A stretch of 64,000 bases of DNA, taken from positions 9,065-73,064 of IMG/VR virus record IMGVR_UViG_3300030108_004854; one strand, given 5' to 3'. Positions 53,758-62,986 of this stretch are shown piece by piece. A model generated the notes under the pieces. That model ran no database searches, was not told where the DNA came from, and saw only the letters and a list, made by a program, of their open reading frames with translations. Numbering within the stretch: position 1 is the stretch's first letter; each line of letters begins with the position of its first letter. The DNA comes from a virus. Position numbers and translations under genes: made by a program.

Positions 53758-54554
53758 TAGAAATAACCACCTTGTGCAATGGCATGTGCACCTGGAATAT
53801 ATCCAGAAGGTGTATTGAAAACACCATTTTGCAGCACACCAATGTATAAACGATCTCCACGTTGCAAATGAATTGCTCTATTTTTTAAAGGCGATGCTTC
53901 TCCTAATCCTGTTGTATTACCATCTTCAGGAACAGGTACTATCATTTCAGGCATTACATCTGAACAGTCAACAAATGTTTCATTTACAGGAATTGTTTTA
54001 CTAAATAAAATTCCGTAATCACCATTTGCTGGAATTGGGACTGTTGTTTGCCGAGTGTGGTAACAAACAAAAGTTACTGCAGGCAAAGATGAAGTTGCTA
54101 CAGAAGAATAAGCAAAACCACTTGTACTAGGTGTTGTAATACCACTATATTCAATACCTCCTATAGGTCCTTCAATAGAAACTGAGCCTGTATAGGTGTA
54201 GTAACCAACACCTCTTTCACCTGATGGATTTGCAAGAGAATTGTTTTTAATATAAATAGTTTGACCACTTGTAAAACTAACAACTTCTCCTGTAGCAGTA
54301 TTAGCATCTAATACATAGTCTGTTGTTTGATTCAATCCAAAGTTATCTCTGACAATCGTAATACTGTCAATAATTCCACCGCTATTATTGTCTGATGTTA
54401 ATGTAGCATCCATATCAACTAATAAAGCTGGGTTTTGTCCACCAAAAACATTTAAATTACCAGCTCCACCAACAACTTGATTAGTAAGACGAGTCCTTTC
54501 AATTAAAGGACGGTCTACAAACATAGGTTGTTTATTTGTATTTGTAGTTGCCAT
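53757..54554 (-). CDS. putative tail/structural protein
   Basis: TNTNKQPMFVDRP N-terminus, AQGGYF C-terminus; beta-rich. Confidence 0.7.
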   Translation of the reverse strand: MATTNTNKQPMFVDRPLIERTRLTNQVVGGAGNLNVFGGQNPALLVDMDATLTSDNNSGGIIDSITIVRDNFGLNQTTDYVLDANTATGEVVSFTSGQTIYIKNNSLANPSGERGVGYYTYTGSVSIEGPIGGIEYSGITTPSTSGFAYSSVATSSLPAVTFVCYHTRQTTVPIPANGDYGILFSKTIPVNETFVDCSDVMPEMIVPVPEDGNTTGLGEASPLKNRAIHLQRGDRLYIGVLQNGVFNTPSGYIPGAHAIAQGGYF

Positions 54555-54587
54555 GAGTTGCTCCTGATTTATCTATTTTAATACAGA

Positions 54588-55310
54588 TTACAATCTATCA
54601 AAAAATCTTTGTGCTGTTTTTGCATCTATATAATTGCTAGGTGGTTCCATTCCTAGAATATCTGTTAATTCATTTTGCTGATTGATAGTTCTTTTTATTT
54701 GTTCTTGTAGAAAATCAACAACAAATTTTCTTGGATTGTATTCAGGAGCAGTAGTGCCTAAGTTTGTTGAATCTGCTGCGGTTTGTGTAGGAACTTGACT
54801 TATCTGTGTACTTACAGGAGTAACCCCCTGGAACATATCCAAACCACGTTGATATGCAGCTGGATTTTGTGTTTTTAATGGATCAAAATAAAAATTACTG
54901 CTTCCTTCAATAGGTGTATATTCATCACCACGACGGTTTTTATAAAGTGATGTACCTCTAAAAGAAACTGGCCCACCGCCTGCCATGTATTCATTCAATA
55001 CCATAGAAGGATTATCTACAACTCCTGCAATTCGATCACGATCAAATTTACTAATTAAATTAGGACTAATAATTTGATCCCTATTGTAATAGTCATTTGC
55101 AGCATATTGGCCTGGTGCCATAACCAAGTCAACGATATTTTTTTTGCCATCATAATTAGAAACTCTTCTAGACAACACGTTTGCAGCAACAGCAGCAATG
55201 TCTTTACCAGCACCGCCTTGATAAGCTTCTCCTGCAATTGTATTAATCAGAGCAGTGCGTTCATCTGGAGTTAAACCAAACAGTTCACTTGTTGTACGTC
55301 TTCTACTCAT
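54588..55310 (-). CDS. SleB-like cell wall hydrolase (virion-associated)
   Basis: LINTIAGEA....IAAVAANVLSR....IVDLVMAPGQY (Hydrolase_2 pattern). Confidence 0.75.
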   Translation of the reverse strand: MSRRRTTSELFGLTPDERTALINTIAGEAYQGGAGKDIAAVAANVLSRRVSNYDGKKNIVDLVMAPGQYAANDYYNRDQIISPNLISKFDRDRIAGVVDNPSMVLNEYMAGGGPVSFRGTSLYKNRRGDEYTPIEGSSNFYFDPLKTQNPAAYQRGLDMFQGVTPVSTQISQVPTQTAADSTNLGTTAPEYNPRKFVVDFLQEQIKRTINQQNELTDILGMEPPSNYIDAKTAQRFFDRL

Positions 55311-56443
55311 CGTGCAACTCTCCCTATCATTTGTGCTTGTAAAAACTTATTAGGATCTAAAACAGGTGTATCTCCTGAATAAATATCTAATAATCTTTGA
55401 TCAATTTGAGAAGGTTCTATTTCTCTCATCTGATTATTTTCATCTTTGGCTGCCATAGATCCGGGTAGTGAATTATCTGTTGGATAAAGATTAGAATATT
55501 TTTGTCGGTGAATTGCCAAGCCAAGATTACGAACTTTATCCATTTGTGATTTATCCATGCCCTGAGCAGCTACGCGAGCTTGATTGTAAATTTGCATTGG
55601 ATCAGCTTGCAAGATTTGCTCAGCATTGGGCGGTAACACTGTATTGGCTGGGTTAGCATTAGGCATAGTGCTAGTGCCATTTCCATAGGTTCCACCTATA
55701 TTGCCCGCTTGATCGCTTGGGGCATAGGGCCTAGCAGCACTACCAAGAGTTACTGGAATAGGTGTATTAGGTATGACATTAGGTGTATTAGGAGGTGCTC
55801 CTAGTACAGGAGTTTCAACATAAGAATTTAATGCCTGTGCTCTTGCTACTTCTCTGCGAATAGCATCCATATCAAGATCAGCGCCTTGATCAGGACGATT
55901 ATCTTGAGTACCAGGTTTAGGCTTTGGTGTTGGTGCGCGTCTGCCTGACATCATGTCAGACGCACTGGGCGCTGCACCTTGACTGGGATTAGCTTGCATG
56001 ATTTGATCAAACAAACTAACACCTGCGTTATATCCTGCCAGATTTCCCCCTATTGCTAGAGTAGGCGCTGCTACAGGTGCTATTGGTCCTGTTAAAGCTC
56101 CCGCTCCTGTTCCGAGTAAACCACCTAGATATCCTCCACCTGTTCCAAATGCTGCCCGTAAACTGGCTTCAGCAGGATCTTCTCCATCAGCAATACGCAT
56201 ACCAACGTCAGTAAGACCTCCTAAAACAGGTACGCCTCCAGCCTTTAATCCTCTTCTCAATAAATTTGCTGATCCACGGAACTTACCGGGCAAGGTTCGT
56301 TGTAAAACATCATCAACTGAGTTTGCAAAACCTCTATAAGTGTTTGGATTAGTAACTGTATCAATCGCTGTCTTGTTAAGAGGAATGCGACGACCAAACT
56401 TAAGTAGGTTTTGTAAGCCCTGGTTAACTAAAGATCCAGCCAT
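55307..56443 (-). CDS. putative internal virion protein with glycine-zipper segment
   Basis: AFGTGGGYLGGLLGTGAGALTGPIAP...; Pro-rich linker. Confidence 0.65.
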   Translation of the reverse strand: MAGSLVNQGLQNLLKFGRRIPLNKTAIDTVTNPNTYRGFANSVDDVLQRTLPGKFRGSANLLRRGLKAGGVPVLGGLTDVGMRIADGEDPAEASLRAAFGTGGGYLGGLLGTGAGALTGPIAPVAAPTLAIGGNLAGYNAGVSLFDQIMQANPSQGAAPSASDMMSGRRAPTPKPKPGTQDNRPDQGADLDMDAIRREVARAQALNSYVETPVLGAPPNTPNVIPNTPIPVTLGSAARPYAPSDQAGNIGGTYGNGTSTMPNANPANTVLPPNAEQILQADPMQIYNQARVAAQGMDKSQMDKVRNLGLAIHRQKYSNLYPTDNSLPGSMAAKDENNQMREIEPSQIDQRLLDIYSGDTPVLDPNKFLQAQMIGRVAR

Positions 56444-56445
56444 GG

Positions 56446-56925
56446 TTATCTATAAATGCGATGGAGGACAATATTGCTGCCAACTGTTGTGTCAGCTGGA
56501 CCTGGCAGTGCTTGTATAAACTCAGCACCTGATCGTTCATAACGATAGCGTGCTTGCATTTCGTCTTTATAATTCGGAACATACAATATATGTGCAAGAC
56601 GATTAGTCTCATACAAATAAACGTCATTCCAAAGACGCAATGCATCTCGGACATTACTTGATCGAATTGTACGATCAACGTCACCAAGAATACCTTCTAC
56701 CCTTGTACTCGGAGGAGTAAAATTAGGATCATTTGATGCTAATTGTGTTTTCTTTTCCGCTGCATCGCAACGATCAATTTGAGCCACAATTTTGTCATGG
56801 AAGAATGAATCCGGCACAGAATTCATTGCTTCTTCTAGACGAGCATAATCACCGGCTGGGACACTAGTTACATAGTAACCCAGATGATACCTAACCCTAC
56901 TTTGATTGAAAGGGGATAATTGCAC
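56446..56925 (-). CDS. putative head-tail connector
   Basis: 159 aa downstream of the capsid genes; RVRYHLGY N-terminus. Confidence 0.6.
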   Translation of the reverse strand: MQLSPFNQSRVRYHLGYYVTSVPAGDYARLEEAMNSVPDSFFHDKIVAQIDRCDAAEKKTQLASNDPNFTPPSTRVEGILGDVDRTIRSSNVRDALRLWNDVYLYETNRLAHILYVPNYKDEMQARYRYERSGAEFIQALPGPADTTVGSNIVLHRIYR

Positions 56926-56965
56926 TGCACACCAGGCTTATCCATTCATTCTAAACTGTGTCAAT

Positions 56966-56985
56966 AAAAAAGGCCCTTAGGCCTT
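56966..56985 (-). terminator. possible intrinsic terminator
   Basis: AAGGCC-TAAG-GGCCTT-TTTT on the - strand. Confidence 0.6.
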
Positions 56986-57394
56986 AGACACGGATTAAAT
57001 CTGCAGCAAATACAGAATCCCAATCGACTCGTTTAATCTGTCTTAACTGATCCAAACTATGAAAACGTTCTCCAGAAAGCGAAGTTTGAAGGTCTTTAAT
57101 ATCTTTCGCTGTTTTCATTCCAATCCCTTTAATATGATCAGAAATCATACGTGCAGTTGCTGCATTAATATTTAAACGTGTATCAGTTGGAAACTTCCTA
57201 GGTTCTTCACCTGATGCCGCATCTTTTACTTGCAGAGTTTTAACTTTAGTTGTCGCCTGTGCATCTTTTTCAATTTCTGTATGATACACAGTAAAAACGC
57301 GACCATCCTGGTCTTCAACCATGAACCAGTCGCCGTCATCCCATTGGGTAACAACTTTTACTCTTGTCCCTGTTTTTTTGTGCTGATATAGCAT
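56984..57394 (-). CDS. ComEA-like helix-hairpin-helix DNA-binding protein
   Basis: RLNINAATARMI..IKGIGMKTAKDI...FHSLDQL. Confidence 0.8.
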   Translation of the reverse strand: MLYQHKKTGTRVKVVTQWDDGDWFMVEDQDGRVFTVYHTEIEKDAQATTKVKTLQVKDAASGEEPRKFPTDTRLNINAATARMISDHIKGIGMKTAKDIKDLQTSLSGERFHSLDQLRQIKRVDWDSVFAADLIRV

Positions 57395-57436
57395 CGGGGC
57401 CAGTATTAATTAACTGACCCCATATTACCCTAAATA

Positions 57437-58201
57437 TCAATAACCAGGGTAGTTAGATGCGATTTTATAGGGAATATACTGCTCAATATCGTCATACTCC
57501 ATAGCAACATCAGGTTGGATGTAGCAGAGTTCAACGAGAATGTAGCCAGTATTACCAGCGGCTTTGTCTGCATCAGTAATTGCAAAACCACCATTGGTCG
57601 AGGTGGAGTTAGTAGCAGATTTTGAATAAACCCGATAAGTATTGTTAGCGGTTAATTCTTTGTACTGAACACCAGAGGTAAGTGGAGATAAGCCGTAGCC
57701 TGCAGAACCAGCTGCAATGCTATTGCTTGATGCTGTTAAGTTTGCTGCATCAACTTGACCGGAATGTGTAGTTGGTGCAGTCGCTGAACCTGGTCCAAAA
57801 CCAATAACTTGAGTTGAGCCAGAAGTAAGCAGACTTCCTGCAATACGACCATCGCCCCAGCCTTGTGCAATTGAAATAGTTGCACGATAAGCATAAGCAG
57901 GAAGTTCAGCAGAAGCAGCAACTGTCATGCCGGTGATGTTAACACGCGTATCATCATTCTTATAAGGAGAAGGAATGATTACATCAGCTATTGTTACATA
58001 ACCATCGCCAGATGCATTGGTTACGGGAACATAACCACGTTGTTGGAAATAACGGTATCCAGGCGTAGCCAGAACAGATGTTGGGCCAGCAATAGAAGCG
58101 TTATTAGAAGTTCCACCCCGCGTATCGATGTTCTGATACCACCCATTGAGTGGTTCGGACATATCAGCCGGGTAGATTTTTTTAGCAGATAAATATGCCA
58201 T
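57437..58201 (-). CDS. putative capsid decoration/minor capsid protein
   Basis: Directly after the MCP; Ala/Gly/Ser/Thr-rich. Confidence 0.65.
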   Translation of the reverse strand: MAYLSAKKIYPADMSEPLNGWYQNIDTRGGTSNNASIAGPTSVLATPGYRYFQQRGYVPVTNASGDGYVTIADVIIPSPYKNDDTRVNITGMTVAASAELPAYAYRATISIAQGWGDGRIAGSLLTSGSTQVIGFGPGSATAPTTHSGQVDAANLTASSNSIAAGSAGYGLSPLTSGVQYKELTANNTYRVYSKSATNSTSTNGGFAITDADKAAGNTGYILVELCYIQPDVAMEYDDIEQYIPYKIASNYPGY

Positions 58202-58235
58202 TTACTTAGAAATGTATAAGTGGACGTTAATTAAA

Positions 58236-59405
58236 TCAAACAACACCGTCATCTGAGACGAAGCTGAAAGCATTTGTAATGAAGTCTTTGTTTAGAACTT
58301 CAAAACCAGCATACAGTTGCCAAATTAGAATGATAAATCGTGAGAAATCGTCGTTGTTGTTAATCAGAACTTGTGCATTCGGACCGCCAATGCCAATACC
58401 AATTGCCTGAGGACCAAAGAAGAAACCTTGCGCTACTTCTTCATTAGCAAAAGTATTAGCACCATCAGAAGCGAATGTAGCACTAACAGTCTTGCTAGGG
58501 AAGTTAGTGGATTCGAAGAACTTAACACCTTCAAATTGAACACCAGTTGGCATTACAGGTTCACCAGCCAAGAAATAACCCTGACCAGCTTGCGGACCCA
58601 TGTAGAAGCTGGAGTTATTAGGCATCATGGGGTTAGCCATGTACATGCCTTGTCCGGGGTTGCCGCTATAACGAGCAATCTCACGGAAGTCTTCATCACG
58701 ACGCAAATGCATCATGAAGACAGGATCACAAATACAACGATACAGACCATCAGCAAAAGTAGGAACGTTGCGCTTGCGCAGATCTTTAACTACTTCTAAA
58801 AGGTCAGTACGAACAGAGAACTGTTGCACCTGAGCAGTGTATTCAGCACCTGTATAAGAAACACGGCCTTGTGCATCTTTTTCTTTATCACCAGCAAAGT
58901 AGTAACCACCTTGTGTAGTACCTGCTTTGCCTTGCGCTTCTGCTTTAGCCAGTTCGTCAATGAAGACGCGATCACGCCAGCGCCTGTAATCATCTAACAG
59001 CGTAAGGCTGCCGATGGACTGGTGGAACATGTTCAGGTTGCCGGTATCAAGCAGCAAACGCTGAGCAGTGATTAAAGTTTCCCGAGCAATTTTAAAAGTA
59101 GAAGGCTGGGTAGGATCAGCCGGATCTGCAGGACCAGTATATTCCTTAAGCACCACCAGGACTTTTTCCTTGGTGATGTTACGGCTATTGGCTGTACCAA
59201 TTGTCTGATCTGAGATACGCTCACGGCTATCCTTTGTGCCGGGAGATCCCCAGAACTTGTAGCGATCTAACTGAACAGTTTGTCCAGGCTGAGAGGTAAA
59301 GTCATGTACGACTACAGGCTCAACAGCCATTTCACAAATATATGCAGGATGCGGACGGTAAAGTTCCGCTCCTAAAATCTTAGGAAAATCATTATCAAGG
59401 AACAT
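58236..59405 (-). CDS. major capsid protein
   Basis: 389 aa after scaffold; DFTSQPGQTVQL (E-loop-like), GVQFEGVKFFES, FFFGPQAIG, DDFSRF..LIW; highly expressed codon bias. Confidence 0.85.
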   Translation of the reverse strand: MFLDNDFPKILGAELYRPHPAYICEMAVEPVVVHDFTSQPGQTVQLDRYKFWGSPGTKDSRERISDQTIGTANSRNITKEKVLVVLKEYTGPADPADPTQPSTFKIARETLITAQRLLLDTGNLNMFHQSIGSLTLLDDYRRWRDRVFIDELAKAEAQGKAGTTQGGYYFAGDKEKDAQGRVSYTGAEYTAQVQQFSVRTDLLEVVKDLRKRNVPTFADGLYRCICDPVFMMHLRRDEDFREIARYSGNPGQGMYMANPMMPNNSSFYMGPQAGQGYFLAGEPVMPTGVQFEGVKFFESTNFPSKTVSATFASDGANTFANEEVAQGFFFGPQAIGIGIGGPNAQVLINNNDDFSRFIILIWQLYAGFEVLNKDFITNAFSFVSDDGVV

Positions 59406-59488
59406 CTTCTATCCTCTTTTTAAAGGTAATAAGGGTTTCTGGAGATTCGGTCTAAGCCTATCTACTATAAATTTTAGCAGTGACGTAT

Positions 59489-60016
59489 TTATCCATACAT
59501 TGGAGGCATTCCTTGCATGGAATAACGTGCACCCATTGTGTTACTAGAGCCTGGATTTTCTGGATCAATACCCATTAGGTTTGCTACACCACCACCGACT
59601 TGTCCGCCTAGTCCACCAGCGCCTGCAATTCCACCCGCTGCAATAGCGCTACTAGCTATAGGAGCAGCATCATAAAGAAGCTTGCCACCTTTAACAAAAA
59701 ATTCTTTTTCTTTGTCAGAAGAGGCTCTGCCTGCTGGTGAATTCATCATTTCTTCCATAATGGGTCCAAGTTCTTTGCCGACAGTTTTTTTATTTATAAC
59801 TTGTCGAATTTTTGGAACTTGACTTCCAGCTAAGGCTCCTAAACCAGCTGCGCCTAATGCTTCCATTGCGACACGTTCACCTGGTTTATCAGAGCCAACA
59901 TTTCCTAAAGCGGAAAGGCCAGCGGCAGCAGCGCCGCCAGCCACAGCAGAACCTACAGGACTATTTGCAATAGCACGTAAACGTTGCATTTGGGGATCAA
60001 ATTTTCCTGCAAGCAT
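59489..60016 (-). CDS. Gly/Ala-rich hypothetical protein
   Basis: 175 aa between scaffold and MCP. Confidence 0.7.
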   Translation of the reverse strand: MLAGKFDPQMQRLRAIANSPVGSAVAGGAAAAGLSALGNVGSDKPGERVAMEALGAAGLGALAGSQVPKIRQVINKKTVGKELGPIMEEMMNSPAGRASSDKEKEFFVKGGKLLYDAAPIASSAIAAGGIAGAGGLGGQVGGGVANLMGIDPENPGSSNTMGARYSMQGMPPMYG

Positions 60017-60020
60017 TAGA

Positions 60021-60998
60021 TCACTCCATTACGAATAGTTTGTTAGCCATAACGCGAGGATCAGCCTGGTTCACAATGCGCCAAGCTTGGCTCGGGTCAT
60101 AATCCATCTGTTGTTTGAAGGCACCCCAGAAATCTTGAGGCTGTTGAGGAGCTTCTTGCTGCGGAGGTGCAGGTAAGCCAGGAACTTGTGCACTTGTTGG
60201 AGCAGTTGGATAACCGCGAGTTTCTAATTCCTGTTCAGATTCATAAACAGGATATGGGCCGTTAGGACCAAAGAACTCAAGGGTGTAATCAGACAGAACG
60301 TCGGGATTCGTCAGAATCTCGTTGAATGCCAGATTTTCTTTGTGCTCATTAACAGCAAAATTGGCATACCCCATTAGGGTATCAGTTGCTTGCTCTCCCC
60401 ATGCGACCGCGCTGTCCAGCATCCCTTCCAGGTTTAGGGCGTACTGATTTAGAATCGCTGGAGCTTCTGTTCCGTAGTTTGCTACTACCATCCTGCTTTC
60501 CGGACTCCAATCCAGCACCTGGGCCACGTCCTCCAAGGAGCTGACCGAGAAGGTTTGGGAAGAGTTGGGCGAGGATGTCTGGCTTGCTTGCCAAGTCGGC
60601 GCTGCCGATGGCACCGAGGTCTGTTGATACTGAGGAGGAACCTGAGACTCCCAGTTGCCCTGGGTATACGGACTCGCTGCCGGAGCCTGGACCGGTGATG
60701 GCGCTGCCTGGGATGGGGATTGTTGATTGTTGCCCAGCAGACCTACTACCTGACTGAACGCCGATTCCCATGGGTTCGTTTGAGGTGCTGCCTGGGAAGG
60801 GGGGACGAATGCTGACGGGGCGGATTGGTAGTTGGGCGCTACCTGAGGTGTTCCCTGGGGAACCGCCTGGGGGTAAGCTACTCCCGCTTGACTCGTTTGT
60901 ACTGGAACTGTTGGCTGCGGGGCTGCTGCCACGTAGCTGCTTGGGGCCACGGATGGTTGGCTCATCTGTGGGATCGATTGGACGGTAGCGTCCTGCAT
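60021..60998 (-). CDS. putative capsid scaffolding protein
   Basis: Q/P/S/A-rich disordered N-half, helical C-half; AGGAG SD; sits between portal and MCP. Confidence 0.7.
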   Translation of the reverse strand: MQDATVQSIPQMSQPSVAPSSYVAAAPQPTVPVQTSQAGVAYPQAVPQGTPQVAPNYQSAPSAFVPPSQAAPQTNPWESAFSQVVGLLGNNQQSPSQAAPSPVQAPAASPYTQGNWESQVPPQYQQTSVPSAAPTWQASQTSSPNSSQTFSVSSLEDVAQVLDWSPESRMVVANYGTEAPAILNQYALNLEGMLDSAVAWGEQATDTLMGYANFAVNEHKENLAFNEILTNPDVLSDYTLEFFGPNGPYPVYESEQELETRGYPTAPTSAQVPGLPAPPQQEAPQQPQDFWGAFKQQMDYDPSQAWRIVNQADPRVMANKLFVME

Positions 60999-62775
60999 AG
61001 CTCATCTCCTTTTGTAATGCTTCTAGAGTTCGATACAGATAGGGAGTGAGGTCCAAGCGTGGATCTGCAGCCATTGGCAGATCGGGAGCTTGTGGATGTG
61101 GGGTCTGCATCATTCCCGCAACCAAACCAGAGAACTTGTTATAAGCACCCTGTAATTCACCGACCATTCTGAAGGGAAAGCCAGAAAGCATTTCCGCTCT
61201 TTCCTCATCCGTTTTGGCTGGGAAAAGATACTTCAATGCTTCTATACTATCAACTCCAAGCTCTTGTAAGTTACGAACAACAATTGAATTATTTAAAATA
61301 TCTTGAGTTGATTCTTCATATACAGGACCTAACCAACGCCAGTTGACAGTAACATCACCATCAGGAATTAATCCTTTGACACCAGGTGGAACCATTTGTG
61401 CCTGAATTAAAGCCTGCATAATTTGTTTCATTTGGCCTTCAAACTGTTTTAAAGCTTGTTGATAACCAGTTTTTTCTTCTATAGATGCATCTGGAGCTGG
61501 ACTAATTGGTTTTTCAATTCCAGCTACATCAGCAAGTGTATCTTTAAACATCGTCTCTTCCATAAAGACAATGAGTTCTAAACATCGACAGATTCCATGC
61601 TCGTAAATTGCATTTGCTTTTTTCTTGCTGGTGGCCGCCACACGACCAAACAAACTTTTATATTCGGTAGCAGTAACACCTGCACTGATTGAGAGTTCAT
61701 CTACACCTCCTAAAGCTGTACGAATTTCTTCTCTGAACTGTCTAACAAATGCATTCTGATCACCAGAAATTGCATCAGGAACAATATAACCAACACGATC
61801 ATTTGGTTCAAGGTTTGCAATAACTCGTGGAACACGGATACTACCATCGACGCTGCTACGTGAGATTGGATCTTGTTTAAAAGTAGAAGACGATAATGGT
61901 GACATACTCTGGAATCCAGAGTTAGCTGCAATGGATGGACGCTGTGCAGGACCATCATTTCCACTTTCAATTAAGTCAGTTTTAGGACGAGAAGATAGTA
62001 AGGTTGGATTACCAAAAAACTGTAGGTTTTTACGCATTGTACGAACCAGTTCATCATGCAAACAAATCTGGCTAGCAAACTGATCAAACTCTCCATTGCC
62101 TTCCATGGAGAATCCTTTTGGATTATTAAAAACCTCAACACAAGGAATGTAACCTAATTCATTAGGAAACTTATTACTTTTACCTGGTATGGTGGTGCTG
62201 ATATTTTCAAAAGTCATCTCACCATCAGAGTGAGTTTCTTCAATCTCTAATGGTTTAATTGATAGACGAATATATTTCTTTTTACCAGGTGTTTCTTTAG
62301 GACCATACATTGTGCCGCCTGTCAACTGGCCCATCTCAATGCCACCTAAGCCGACATCAGCCATGCCTGCGCCATTATTTTGTTTTACTTTGTAACTATA
62401 AATAATGACAACTTCTTCTAGCTCACCATCAACGTTGTAGTAGCTGCGGTACTCGTAGTTGCGAAAGTAGTAGAGACGGTAGTTGTTTTCAGTTGGCCTG
62501 ATATAAAACAGCCCTTTACCATCACATAAAAAGTAATCCCAGATACTGTCTAACCGAATATCAAGCTTGTTGTACTTAGCAACTTTTTTAATAAAGTCAC
62601 CACGCTGCTGACCAAAGTTATCTTGTGACGGAAAGAACTCAACACCCTGACGGATGCCAAATAATTTCATTTGTGCAATATGAGATGAAACAATGCCACT
62701 ATCCACTTGTGCATCGCCATTACGCTCGATATAAGCATCAATAATTTCTTTCAGGCGATTATTCGTGTCTGACAC
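60382..62775 (-). CDS. putative portal protein with ~205-aa overlapping C-terminal extension
   Basis: 797 aa; NELGYIPCVEVFNN, NLQFFGNP, VTVNWRW portal-like features; position upstream of scaffold/MCP. Confidence 0.75.
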   Translation of the reverse strand: MSDTNNRLKEIIDAYIERNGDAQVDSGIVSSHIAQMKLFGIRQGVEFFPSQDNFGQQRGDFIKKVAKYNKLDIRLDSIWDYFLCDGKGLFYIRPTENNYRLYYFRNYEYRSYYNVDGELEEVVIIYSYKVKQNNGAGMADVGLGGIEMGQLTGGTMYGPKETPGKKKYIRLSIKPLEIEETHSDGEMTFENISTTIPGKSNKFPNELGYIPCVEVFNNPKGFSMEGNGEFDQFASQICLHDELVRTMRKNLQFFGNPTLLSSRPKTDLIESGNDGPAQRPSIAANSGFQSMSPLSSSTFKQDPISRSSVDGSIRVPRVIANLEPNDRVGYIVPDAISGDQNAFVRQFREEIRTALGGVDELSISAGVTATEYKSLFGRVAATSKKKANAIYEHGICRCLELIVFMEETMFKDTLADVAGIEKPISPAPDASIEEKTGYQQALKQFEGQMKQIMQALIQAQMVPPGVKGLIPDGDVTVNWRWLGPVYEESTQDILNNSIVVRNLQELGVDSIEALKYLFPAKTDEERAEMLSGFPFRMVGELQGAYNKFSGLVAGMMQTPHPQAPDLPMAADPRLDLTPYLYRTLEALQKEMSYAGRYRPIDPTDEPTIRGPKQLRGSSPAANSSSTNESSGSSLPPGGSPGNTSGSAQLPIRPVSIRPPFPGSTSNEPMGIGVQSGSRSAGQQSTIPIPGSAITGPGSGSESVYPGQLGVSGSSSVSTDLGAIGSADLASKPDILAQLFPNLLGQLLGGRGPGAGLESGKQDGSSKLRNRSSSDSKSVRPKPGRDAGQRGRMGRASN

Positions 62776-62984
62776 TATTTCTTACCCTTTTGTTTATACA
62801 TCCTAGCAGCCTTGCCAGCCTTTTTAGCTTTTTCTGTATTGGCTACAAACTGTTTACCTGTTTTAGAAGCAGCACGTTTTTTGGCGTCAGTTTTATCTCT
62901 TTCTTCTTTGGAAAGCTTCGCCCAGGCTTTTTTAGGAAGGTAGCGTTTAGTCGTGCCGTCTTTTTGAATTGCTTTGTCAGCCAT
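62775..62984 (-). CDS. DUF5872-like protein, C-terminal half
   Basis: GTTKRYLPKKAW.KLS.EER..TD.KKR...GKQFVANT. Confidence 0.7.
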   Translation of the reverse strand: MADKAIQKDGTTKRYLPKKAWAKLSKEERDKTDAKKRAASKTGKQFVANTEKAKKAGKAARMYKQKGKK

Positions 62985-62986
62985 GT

